From a virus (Duplodnaviria; Caudoviricetes): a DNA stretch of 27,718 nucleotides. Within the stretch, counting starts at the first letter, position 1. Each line of letters starts with the position of its first letter. Shown piece by piece: positions 1-8,782 of the stretch. A program made the translations under genes and the position numbers. Below the pieces are notes generated by a model. That model saw only the letters and a program-made list of their open reading frames with translations. It did not search any database and was not told where the DNA came from. Location of the stretch: IMG/VR virus record IMGVR_UViG_3300030095_004319, positions 1 to 27,718 of that record; one strand, given 5' to 3'.

Positions 1-31
1 AATGCTATACACATTATTATAATTAGTTTTT

Positions 32-580
32 TCATTCTTTTATTTTAATTGTTATGTCGTGTGGCGCATATTCATTACCACCAAAATACGGGTATAAATA
101 ATACCTACGTACTAAACCCCAATTACCTTCAGGTCTTCTACGAACAAGTGTAGTATCATTATCTATTACTATTACATAATAAAATGTTTTTATATCAATA
201 GTAGCGTTATAAATTACATCTGTGTCTATAGTTCTTATTGTTGCAGCGCTATGCCTACCTTCTTCATGCCTCAACCAACAAAGCTCTAACTCGTTGTTTA
301 AATATCTCCAACCAAGACGTATAGAGTATTTTTGATGCCTAACGCCAAAATCACTCATACCATATATTTTGTTTACATCATGTTGGTTTTCTGCTATTTC
401 AGTTTCATATATAGCAGATTCATCTAGCATAAACTTAAATTCTATCTTTGAATTATCTGGGTGGTTTATAAAACTACCTGAGCTATGCTCGCCAGCTGGT
501 ATTGTGTAAACTCTAAAGCCAAGATCATCAACTTCTTTTGCGCATGAAACTAATAAAAGAAGTATCAAAAGTTTTTTCAT
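32..580 (-). CDS. Phage-encoded lipoprotein (182 aa), beta-rich, possibly concanavalin A/polysaccharide-lyase-like fold
   Basis: N-terminus MKKLLILLLLVS-C is a classic signal peptidase II lipobox, followed by AKEVDD. The start overlaps the upstream gene's stop (TAATG at 580). The fold assignment is inferred from the beta-strand pattern and the C-terminal YPYFGG motif. Confidence 0.8.
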   Translation of the reverse strand: MKKLLILLLLVSCAKEVDDLGFRVYTIPAGEHSSGSFINHPDNSKIEFKFMLDESAIYETEIAENQHDVNKIYGMSDFGVRHQKYSIRLGWRYLNNELELCWLRHEEGRHSAATIRTIDTDVIYNATIDIKTFYYVIVIDNDTTLVRRRPEGNWGLVRRYYLYPYFGGNEYAPHDITIKIKE

Positions 581-3500
581 TAAAACTTTTTCTTTTTAAA
601 AGTTTGTTTTTTAAATGGTTTTCTTAATGATTTTCTTGATTTAACAGCGTTTCTATATTCTTCTATTGCTTCATTTTGTATGCCTAAGTTATACTGACTC
701 CAACCTAAAAACATTAACGATCTTTGCCAAGCTTCGTTTTGGCTATTTAATGCTTGACCCAAATTCTTAGTTTTGTTATACAATCTATTAGCTGGTACAT
801 TAGTTAAAGCTTCAATATAATTAGTTACGGCTGACCATTGAGGATTATCGCTATCAAGCAGTTCCATTTCACCTATTATATTTTCATTATAATTTAATGT
901 TTTCTCTGCGTTAACTATTTTTCTTAACTTAATACCAAGTGGTGGTGAGAAATTTGCTAGTTCCATTATTACAGAGCTTTCATCAAAATTATAGTCTTTG
1001 TCTCTTTCTCTTGAAAATTTAATAGCCATGTTTTTTAAAGTTGCTACAGCAGCACCTAAAACACCAGATCCTCGCAATACAGAATCAATACTACCGCTAA
1101 GCATACGCTCTTGTTTACTTAATAATTTTTCATCTTCTGGATCATCATCAAACATCATAAAGAACAACGCTGATTGTAAGCCGTAGAATATCAAGTTTTG
1201 CACCGCAAAATAATATAATATTCTTGAAGAGTTAGATATATCACTTTGTAATAACGTTTTGTTAGGCGGTGTTATTCTTCTATTATACATGTCTAAAAAC
1301 GCTTTTTTACCTAACCTATTAAACTGAGATGTTACATTTTGAAAAGCTAATATCCATTTACCAGCGTCAGATGCTTGTTGTTGTGAAACCATATCAGGTC
1401 TTGCTGACTGTTGTGTTGCTTCTGATATTTCTTGAAAATCAGCAAATGCTCTTCTTTCAGCTTCAGCTTGACCTAAACCTTGTTTTTTATAAGTGTTTAC
1501 TCTATTTCTATAAAACAAAGCACCACCTGTTGCTATCGCAATGTTATCACCAATTTGTGTAGGCTTAAAACCTAGTTGTAATAATTTTCTTATTAAACTT
1601 CTTATAGGATATTCAGATTCGCTAATTTCAGAAGCAAGCTCAGCACCGTTAACATCTGTTCTAATACCACCACGTCTTTGCTTCATAAAGTCAGAGTTAA
1701 ATAACATAGACCAATCATTCCAGTATTGTTTTTGATTTGCAAAAACTTTAGCCGCTTGAAATATATTGTTATCAGCGTAGTTTATAAAATTAACTATAGA
1801 CATTTGCTGTAAAACTAATGATCTTATATTAAAGAACATGACAGTACCTACAGCAGCATTTACAAAATTAGTTAATGCGTTTACTATTGCATTTTGCCCT
1901 TTAGGTCTATTTTTACCTAATTTTATTCTATAAAGCATGTCTTCAAGAGCGTTTCTAACACCTTTACCGTAAGCAGCCTCTATTTTGTTTAAATTTTCTT
2001 GTGAAAATATTATGTCAGCGTTTTGTTGAAACTCTGCAAAAAACTCTGCTCTACCAACTCTATCAGTAGCATCTATCAAATCCATTTTTATATTAAATGC
2101 TTCCCAACCAACTGCTGGCGCAACATAATCAGATCGTTTAGATATTACGTTTAAAGCCTCGGCGTAGCTTAACAACCTAGCGTCGTTTTTAACTATGTTA
2201 GCTAAATTAGCTTGGTCTGTTTCACTTATACCAGGTATAGCGTGACCATGTTTGTCCCAAAGGTATACTCTTATAGCATCTTGATATGTAAAATCACCAT
2301 CAGGCGTTTTCTTTGTAAACATATCTTTAACGTCTTTGTATTGTTTGTTTAAAGATTTGTAATCACTAGCTATTGACTGTCTAGCAGTGTCATATTCTCT
2401 AAACGCTCTGTTAAGAGGTTTTATTAAAGCTTTTTCAAAAAAGTCTCTATGTGCATCACCTTTTTTTCCTTTGCCTATAAAGTTATACAACAACCCTACA
2501 AGATCTTCATGTGATGGCGGTATAAAGTATCTAAACTTACCTTTACTAGAACCACGCTTTCTAGCTTTAATTTCACTAAATCTTTTTCTTGATTCTATAC
2601 TAGTAACATCTTCTATTATATCATTAAACCGATCACTCATACCTTCACTAAAACTAACTTTAGCTTGTTGTATTTTTGATTTAACATCAAATTGATCTAG
2701 CATGTTTTTAACAGCTTGTACATTTTGTAACGCATCATCTGCAAAATAAAAGTCGTTGTAACCTTGAGCTGCTTTATCTGCTACCCACAATGCTTTTGCT
2801 TCTGCTGTAGAGTTACCTAGACCAGTTATATTTTCTATAGGTATATTTAAACCATTAGCTTTTAAAAAGTCAAATATAGCTTGTGCTGATACAGCTGGCC
2901 TAGCAGTTAGTACAAACATATTTTGTGGGCCAAACTTACCTTGCAGCTTTAGTGCTTTTTTAAATAAAGGCGCAACTTTACCTTTAACAACTTTGTTAAA
3001 CTCTGAAAAATCAAACACATAACCTTGGTCTTGCAAGTCTTGATATGTACTAGCGTACTGCTCAGCGTTTAACGTGCCTGTGTCTCCTTGTGGTGTTGTG
3101 TATTTAACTAGAGACTCACTTGTCGCTAGTGTATCATCAAAGTCTAATATAGTTATTCCTTTTGAAAAATTTGATGTTCTAGAGTTTATAGCAGCTTTAC
3201 TCATAGAAACATTTTTCTTTGCTAAAATAGAGTTATTTACAGCTTTTTTAAACTTCTGCATGTCTTTGTCACCTCTTATAACAAACCCAGATGTTTTAGC
3301 TATTTTTTTAGTATTAAGCTGAGCTTCTACGTTGATTCTAAATTTGTAACCTCTAAATACTTTGTTTTTATCACCGTCTTTGCCATTTTTATAAATACTA
3401 CCATTTGGCGTAAGACCAGCTTTAACGTCGGCTTCTGTAGCATTAGTTTTTGAACTTCCAACTAAAAAATTAGCTTTAACGCTATGCTCACCCTTAATAG

Positions 3501-6500
3501 AAGTAACACCTAAACTTTGCTCTGTTTGCAAAATATCTTTTCCCAAATAGTAAACGCCAGCGCCTTGACCTTCACGTATTGATGTTAGATAATAATTACC
3601 TTTTTTATTATATAAATATATAGATACAGAACCATTATCTTCTATATCAACATTAGAATCTGCTTTTATAGCGGCAAGAGTCATACCATCAACAGTTGAA
3701 TCTTCGTTGTTGTTCCATAAATTTCTTTTTCTACCATGAAATTTTGTATAAAAACGAAAACCATTATAAGGAGATACTTCTGGCAAAACAACATTGTCTA
3801 ATTTAGTTCCTTTAGGATAACCACCTATTTCTACAAGATACCTTTCAAGTCTTTTAACTGTTTTTGTTAGTACAGGCTTAATAAGTTTAGCTACTTTGTC
3901 TTGAATATTTTTTTCTATATTAGTATCACTAAATTCAAAATTACCTTTGCTATCGTAAGATTTTATGCTTATTTTACCAGCATTAACAGTGCCATCTACA
4001 GCAAACTTAACTTCCATAGAAATTTGTTGGCCATTTTTTAATTCAAACACTATGTCTGAGTTTTGAAAAACACCCCCTTTAAATATACCAGGTATTGGCT
4101 TTATATAAACATCAAACTCACCAATTTTGTGTCCAGGCGCTAACATACCAGCATTTACAAATAAATCTTTTACAGCTCTTTCGCCTACGTCGCCAAGAGT
4201 ACTTTCGCCTTTTATTTTAGGAATTAAGCCAAATACATTTTTTAAAGCCTTGTTTATCTGCGCTTCAGTACCAAAACCACCTTTTCTTCCCAATTCGTAA
4301 ATAGGATCTATTATAGCCTCTAAATAAGGTTTACCTTTGTATTTTAGCGTATATCTTTTTTTAGCAAAGTTTTCAAAGTTTTTTTGAGCCATAAGGAATA
4401 GTTCACTAAACTGATTTACAACATCTCCAGCTTCAATTCCTAAACTCATTGATATACTAGGATTAACATCAAGAATATCAGCTATTACTTGAACGTCGTT
4501 CTCTATTTGTTCTACATTTGTTATATCCTGAACATCCCTCATTCGCTCAACAATATCTAACTCTGCATTTAATATATTAATTGTAGCATCAAAACCAACT
4601 TTTTCAACTACAGCTTCTGCTAAAGCATCTTTTCTAGGGCCAAACGCAGATTCTTTAATAGTATAACCTAACACTTCCTGCATGTTTGTACCTCTAAAAA
4701 ACGCCATTATTTGCTCGTTGCTAGGTGTTTTTAGCTTAGTATTTAAGTTTGGTCCACTAGCAGGTTTAACATCTTTTCTTATTAAACCTTGCTCTTGTAA
4801 TTTTCTAACTTCTTTTACAGATGTTATCCTTTTAGAATCTACAAATATTTTTTTACCTTTTGGCACTCTTCTTTCTATTTGCACCCATCTATCAGCGCTT
4901 AATGTTATATGTAAAGAAGGTATATATTTTCTTAAAAACTTATTGTAATCTTGCTCTCTACCAAATACATCTTGTATTTCTTTTTTAAGCTCAACAATAA
5001 GAGCATCTTTTAATTGTGTTCTATATTTTTTTGATCTTATATCTGGAAGTTTTGTACCATATGTTTTTCTAACAGCTTGTTTTACTTTTTCAATTACTTC
5101 ACCAGTCAAATTAAGATCTTTTTTAATTTGAGACTCTAACTGCTCTGGAGTAAGCTCTTGCTCTTGTTCTTGAACATCATCAGCAATATCAAAACTTCTT
5201 CTACCAGTCTCTGATGGTTGATCTATTGTAGTTGTCTTTGGCTTAATAGCTAGTTCTTTTGCAGCTTCCATTTTACCAAATCTAATATCAGAAAATATTC
5301 TTTCAGCAAAGGTTATCGGTGCATCGCTTTTCTTTTTTCTTTTAGCTCCTGGGTCGTAATTTATAATCCTGTCATTAATTTCATCTAAAACTTTTGACCT
5401 AGCGTCAGGCAATGCTTTTTGCATTACTTGGTTGTATATAAGACCACCTGGCGCTAAGGCTTTACCTATTTCTTTGTTAAGTCTTGGGTCAGATAAAAAA
5501 GCTAAATAATCTTCTTTTGTTTTAACATTTTCAGGTATAAGATCGTTTATTTGATCTACAACACCTTTTGAAAAACTAGTGCTAGAAACTTTAACATCTT
5601 CTTCTGGCGGCCTTTGCATTACAACTTTTTGAGCCTCTATTTTTCTTTGAAAACTATCAACATAAGCTAAAACATCTGCAGCTGTTTTTAATTGAATATA
5701 CTCTGTATTTTTACCAAAAGGTGATAGTTGTTTTATCTTGTTAAATAAATCTCTAAAATAAAACAATATATTAGTATCACTCTCTTTTAAAAGCCCAGCG
5801 TTTTTCATTTCACCAATTATTTCTTTTAATTCATTTAAATCAAATTTACCGTCTTTTGTGTACTGAGTAATTCTTTTTTTGGCAAACTTATAAGCTTCAG
5901 AATCTTGATCTAAATCTTCAAGAAACTTAACTGTTTCTTCTACAGCTTTTTTATGTTTTTCTTGAACTTCACCGTCTTTTGAAACACCTACATCATTATC
6001 GTACATGTGACCAGCTTCGTGTATAGGTGAGTATGCCATAGCGCTTTTACCAACTCTTGATTTTGAGTTTGCTATGTTGTTATAAGCATTTTCATCTATT
6101 AATATTACTTCATTGTTTTCACGAATAAAAGTTCCGTTAGCACCAATAGTAGTGTTACCATTATCATCTTTTTTTGTTTCAAGACCTGCTACTAAATTAT
6201 CATATTTTTCAACAGTTATAGTGCCATTGTTTACAAGCTCGTTTAATCTAACTAAAGCATCGTCAAAAGTTAAGTATTCACCAGATTTAATTCCAGCCCC
6301 AACTATTGTGTTTTTAAACCTATGGTATTGATTTACAAAAAAAGCGTTTTGCGTGTCATTTTCTGCTTTTCCAACTATTTTATTATAATTTTTCTGTCTT
6401 TCTTCTAAAGGTTTATTTCTAAGCTCTTCGTTTCTAGACATTAAATTAGTATTTTCGTCTATTATTTCTTTAAGCTCTTCTTGCACAGCAGGGTCTTGAA

Positions 6501-8781
6501 ATTGATTTATACCTGTTCTAGCTCCTAACCTTCCTGCTTTTTCGTTATTTTTTCTTACTATTCTGCTGTTTTCAAAAACTTCATCTATGTCTTCTCTAGT
6601 CATGTCAGCAAAATCTAAAAAAGAATTAGCTTCTAGTATTTGCGCTTGCTCTAAAAGATCTTGTAATTGGTTTTCAAGAATTAACCTAGATTGATAATTT
6701 TCTGCCTTTTTAATTCTTTCATTAAGAGCAATTACTTTTTGTTTAATCTTTTCATGCTCGTTTATTTCATTTCTAGTTTTAAATTCATTACCTATAGCTC
6801 CATAAACATTACGACTCATTGAAGGTCCTTGTATTGCTAAAGTTGAAAACAACACGTTCATATTGAAATCAGCATCTATGCCTTTGATATAACTTATGTC
6901 AGTGTCTTTTAATACAACGTGGTCCATTATATTATGACCTATTTCAGTTATGGCTTCTTCTAAATATTCTATACCAACATTTTTGCCATACATAGCAAAA
7001 CCACGCATAGAGCTTTTAAAAGTTAATTCTGGAAAACCTGAAAATTGACCTAGTCTTTTCATTATACTTAAAGTACCTGCTTTTTCAGCTACAGCAGCAA
7101 TACTACCGTACATAACAGGGTTAAACGATTTTTGAAAACTGTTTAAATTTAAATGTCTACTAAGCCTGTCTCTCATTTGATATAAGTCTAAAAGCCTATT
7201 TTTGTCTTTAGTGTTGCTAATTTCTACTTCTATTTTAGGCAGCTGAATTTTAGCTCGTCTTTCCATTAACTCTAAACTACTAAGCTGACTACCTGTTTCA
7301 GTTCCAAAAAACAAAGTTGCAACGCCGTTACCAACTGTTTTAGCTGCTTTTTGACTTAAAGGTGTAACAGTTATTCCTCTCATTAATTGAACACCACTAG
7401 CTAGTCTATAAGCACCAGCCGCGGTCAAAGCAGTAAATATACTAAAAGCATTTTCCGCAAACAATTGCGTTGCAAACTCACCAACATTACTATCTTTACC
7501 AAAAAATTTTAAGTCTCTAAACTTTGGAGATATTGGATATACAGATTCTTTATGGTTTTTTAAACTTTCACCAACATTTATTATATCATTAAAAAGTTTG
7601 TCAGCTGGTTTAAAACCAAGTTCAGAAGCCAAACCAGGTATTACACTAGCTAAGTCGTTTATAGCAATATCTACAGCGTTTAAACGTACATTTTCAACAA
7701 AACCATACTCCGTAGCTAGTGCTGCTGCTTGTATTCTATAATCATTAACTAAATCAACTTTTTTGTTTAATTTTTTAGACCTAGACACCACGTCTTTATT
7801 AGCTGCATCTATAGCTTCAACATCATGTTTACTATAAAAACTTGAAATTAAATCAACTCTTTGTTCAAATAAGTTTGATATTTTTTTTAATTCTTTTTCG
7901 TCTTGAGTGTACGGTACTACGCCTCCTTCATAAACAAAAGCTAATTCTTCTATTTCATCCATTAACTTATCTAGCTTCGGTAGTAAAACTTTTCTATCTT
8001 TTTCGTAAGCAGAGTTTAAAGAGTTATAACTTTCAATATCTTTACCAAGCTTATCAGAGGCTTGCTTAACATAGCTGTTAATAACCTTTGAAGTTTGCGT
8101 AAGTCCTTCTTGTTTTAATTCGTTAGAAAGTTGCTCTTTTTGAAAACCTTTTCTAGAAAAATATGTTTGAAAAAAATTTTGATCAAAATCTTCTGCTAGT
8201 GTTCTAGTGGCTTTATCTTCTTTTATTGCTTTTTTAAATAAATTAATATATTTTTGATCACCATCAAATATTTCAAAAGCTCCAGTTTGAACATCTTCAA
8301 GAGCGCTTTGTTGTTCTTCGTCTGATAAATCTAAACCCCTAATGTATAATTCAGCTGCTCTTCTTTTTTCTAAATTTATAACACCTTCGCCTTTTGTTGG
8401 AAACAAACTTTTATCTTGTAAAAGATCCATGTTGAAGTCTTTGTTTTCAGAAAAACTAACATAATTGTCATACCTACCTTTACCTTGACTATCAAAATAA
8501 GCTTTTAAATCATCTTGCTCCGTAGCAGAATAACTTTTAACATCGTCTGTATAGTCGTCAAAAAACAAATTTTCAGGCCTATCTCTAAATTGTTTAAAAT
8601 TATTGTAAGTTGAACCACCAATCTCAACTCTTCGGTCTAAACTAAACGCAACATCGCCTAAAGATCCTATAACTTTAGGATCTTTAAAGTTAACGTTGTC
8701 TAGCAAGCTTGTTAACTCAGTTTTAAAATCTAAAATTTTAGTTTCTGAGTTATCAGCAAAATTAAATTGAGAGTCTGGCAT
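580..8781 (-). CDS. Giant putative virion ejection/cargo polyvalent protein (2733 aa) with zincin metallopeptidase, sigma-like, PD-(D/E)xK nuclease and HAD phosphatase modules
   Basis: Uninterrupted 8.2-kb ORF at the distal end of the tail genes, where podoviruses encode internal/ejection proteins. Motifs seen: HEAGH (aa 921-925), E..SD..EVK (aa 1534/1576/1590-1592), DFDDT..TAR..K..DD (aa 1880-2016), plus hydrophobic helices near both ends. Confidence 0.8.
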   Translation of the reverse strand: MPDSQFNFADNSETKILDFKTELTSLLDNVNFKDPKVIGSLGDVAFSLDRRVEIGGSTYNNFKQFRDRPENLFFDDYTDDVKSYSATEQDDLKAYFDSQGKGRYDNYVSFSENKDFNMDLLQDKSLFPTKGEGVINLEKRRAAELYIRGLDLSDEEQQSALEDVQTGAFEIFDGDQKYINLFKKAIKEDKATRTLAEDFDQNFFQTYFSRKGFQKEQLSNELKQEGLTQTSKVINSYVKQASDKLGKDIESYNSLNSAYEKDRKVLLPKLDKLMDEIEELAFVYEGGVVPYTQDEKELKKISNLFEQRVDLISSFYSKHDVEAIDAANKDVVSRSKKLNKKVDLVNDYRIQAAALATEYGFVENVRLNAVDIAINDLASVIPGLASELGFKPADKLFNDIINVGESLKNHKESVYPISPKFRDLKFFGKDSNVGEFATQLFAENAFSIFTALTAAGAYRLASGVQLMRGITVTPLSQKAAKTVGNGVATLFFGTETGSQLSSLELMERRAKIQLPKIEVEISNTKDKNRLLDLYQMRDRLSRHLNLNSFQKSFNPVMYGSIAAVAEKAGTLSIMKRLGQFSGFPELTFKSSMRGFAMYGKNVGIEYLEEAITEIGHNIMDHVVLKDTDISYIKGIDADFNMNVLFSTLAIQGPSMSRNVYGAIGNEFKTRNEINEHEKIKQKVIALNERIKKAENYQSRLILENQLQDLLEQAQILEANSFLDFADMTREDIDEVFENSRIVRKNNEKAGRLGARTGINQFQDPAVQEELKEIIDENTNLMSRNEELRNKPLEERQKNYNKIVGKAENDTQNAFFVNQYHRFKNTIVGAGIKSGEYLTFDDALVRLNELVNNGTITVEKYDNLVAGLETKKDDNGNTTIGANGTFIRENNEVILIDENAYNNIANSKSRVGKSAMAYSPIHEAGHMYDNDVGVSKDGEVQEKHKKAVEETVKFLEDLDQDSEAYKFAKKRITQYTKDGKFDLNELKEIIGEMKNAGLLKESDTNILFYFRDLFNKIKQLSPFGKNTEYIQLKTAADVLAYVDSFQRKIEAQKVVMQRPPEEDVKVSSTSFSKGVVDQINDLIPENVKTKEDYLAFLSDPRLNKEIGKALAPGGLIYNQVMQKALPDARSKVLDEINDRIINYDPGAKRKKKSDAPITFAERIFSDIRFGKMEAAKELAIKPKTTTIDQPSETGRRSFDIADDVQEQEQELTPEQLESQIKKDLNLTGEVIEKVKQAVRKTYGTKLPDIRSKKYRTQLKDALIVELKKEIQDVFGREQDYNKFLRKYIPSLHITLSADRWVQIERRVPKGKKIFVDSKRITSVKEVRKLQEQGLIRKDVKPASGPNLNTKLKTPSNEQIMAFFRGTNMQEVLGYTIKESAFGPRKDALAEAVVEKVGFDATINILNAELDIVERMRDVQDITNVEQIENDVQVIADILDVNPSISMSLGIEAGDVVNQFSELFLMAQKNFENFAKKRYTLKYKGKPYLEAIIDPIYELGRKGGFGTEAQINKALKNVFGLIPKIKGESTLGDVGERAVKDLFVNAGMLAPGHKIGEFDVYIKPIPGIFKGGVFQNSDIVFELKNGQQISMEVKFAVDGTVNAGKISIKSYDSKGNFEFSDTNIEKNIQDKVAKLIKPVLTKTVKRLERYLVEIGGYPKGTKLDNVVLPEVSPYNGFRFYTKFHGRKRNLWNNNEDSTVDGMTLAAIKADSNVDIEDNGSVSIYLYNKKGNYYLTSIREGQGAGVYYLGKDILQTEQSLGVTSIKGEHSVKANFLVGSSKTNATEADVKAGLTPNGSIYKNGKDGDKNKVFRGYKFRINVEAQLNTKKIAKTSGFVIRGDKDMQKFKKAVNNSILAKKNVSMSKAAINSRTSNFSKGITILDFDDTLATSESLVKYTTPQGDTGTLNAEQYASTYQDLQDQGYVFDFSEFNKVVKGKVAPLFKKALKLQGKFGPQNMFVLTARPAVSAQAIFDFLKANGLNIPIENITGLGNSTAEAKALWVADKAAQGYNDFYFADDALQNVQAVKNMLDQFDVKSKIQQAKVSFSEGMSDRFNDIIEDVTSIESRKRFSEIKARKRGSSKGKFRYFIPPSHEDLVGLLYNFIGKGKKGDAHRDFFEKALIKPLNRAFREYDTARQSIASDYKSLNKQYKDVKDMFTKKTPDGDFTYQDAIRVYLWDKHGHAIPGISETDQANLANIVKNDARLLSYAEALNVISKRSDYVAPAVGWEAFNIKMDLIDATDRVGRAEFFAEFQQNADIIFSQENLNKIEAAYGKGVRNALEDMLYRIKLGKNRPKGQNAIVNALTNFVNAAVGTVMFFNIRSLVLQQMSIVNFINYADNNIFQAAKVFANQKQYWNDWSMLFNSDFMKQRRGGIRTDVNGAELASEISESEYPIRSLIRKLLQLGFKPTQIGDNIAIATGGALFYRNRVNTYKKQGLGQAEAERRAFADFQEISEATQQSARPDMVSQQQASDAGKWILAFQNVTSQFNRLGKKAFLDMYNRRITPPNKTLLQSDISNSSRILYYFAVQNLIFYGLQSALFFMMFDDDPEDEKLLSKQERMLSGSIDSVLRGSGVLGAAVATLKNMAIKFSRERDKDYNFDESSVIMELANFSPPLGIKLRKIVNAEKTLNYNENIIGEMELLDSDNPQWSAVTNYIEALTNVPANRLYNKTKNLGQALNSQNEAWQRSLMFLGWSQYNLGIQNEAIEEYRNAVKSRKSLRKPFKKQTFKKKKF
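2690..3160 (-). other. HAD-superfamily phosphatase domain within the giant protein
   Basis: All four HAD motifs occur in order: ILDFDDTL (DxDxT, 3130-3144), VLTAR (T at 2905-2907), EAKALWV (K) and YFADDALQN (DD at 2734-2739). Confidence 0.85.
3220..4230 (-). other. PD-(D/E)xK restriction-endonuclease-like domain within the giant protein
   Basis: Helix GDVGERAVKDLF (E at 4180-4182), strand SDIVF (D at 4054-4056) and ISMEVK (E-x-K at 4006-4014) match the canonical motif order. Domain limits are approximate. Confidence 0.6.
5170..5560 (-). other. Possible sigma-70 region 2/3-like segment within the giant protein
   Basis: NYDP...ITFAERIFSDIRFG resembles sigma region 2.3-2.4 (FDP...FxTYAxxWIR). 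TTIDQP...SFDIADD resembles the region 3.2 pattern SLDxP...DxIxD. Divergent, by-eye match only. Confidence 0.35.
5780..6150 (-). other. Zincin-like metallopeptidase (MPTase-type) domain within the giant protein
   Basis: Strand pair ANGTF...VILID, then HEAGH (HExxH, 6007-6021), then a downstream helix NELKEIIGE that could supply the third Zn ligand. Confidence 0.7.
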
Positions 8782-8782
8782 A

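Noticed and set aside
3130-3144. DFDDT as the catalytic DxDxD loop of a crAss-like virion RNA polymerase
   Set aside because: The fifth residue is Thr, and HAD motifs II-IV follow in the right order, so it is a HAD motif I.
6858-6885. GIDADFNMN resembling the RNA polymerase NADFDGD motif
   Set aside because: The last two catalytic aspartates are absent and the context is helical and hydrophobic.
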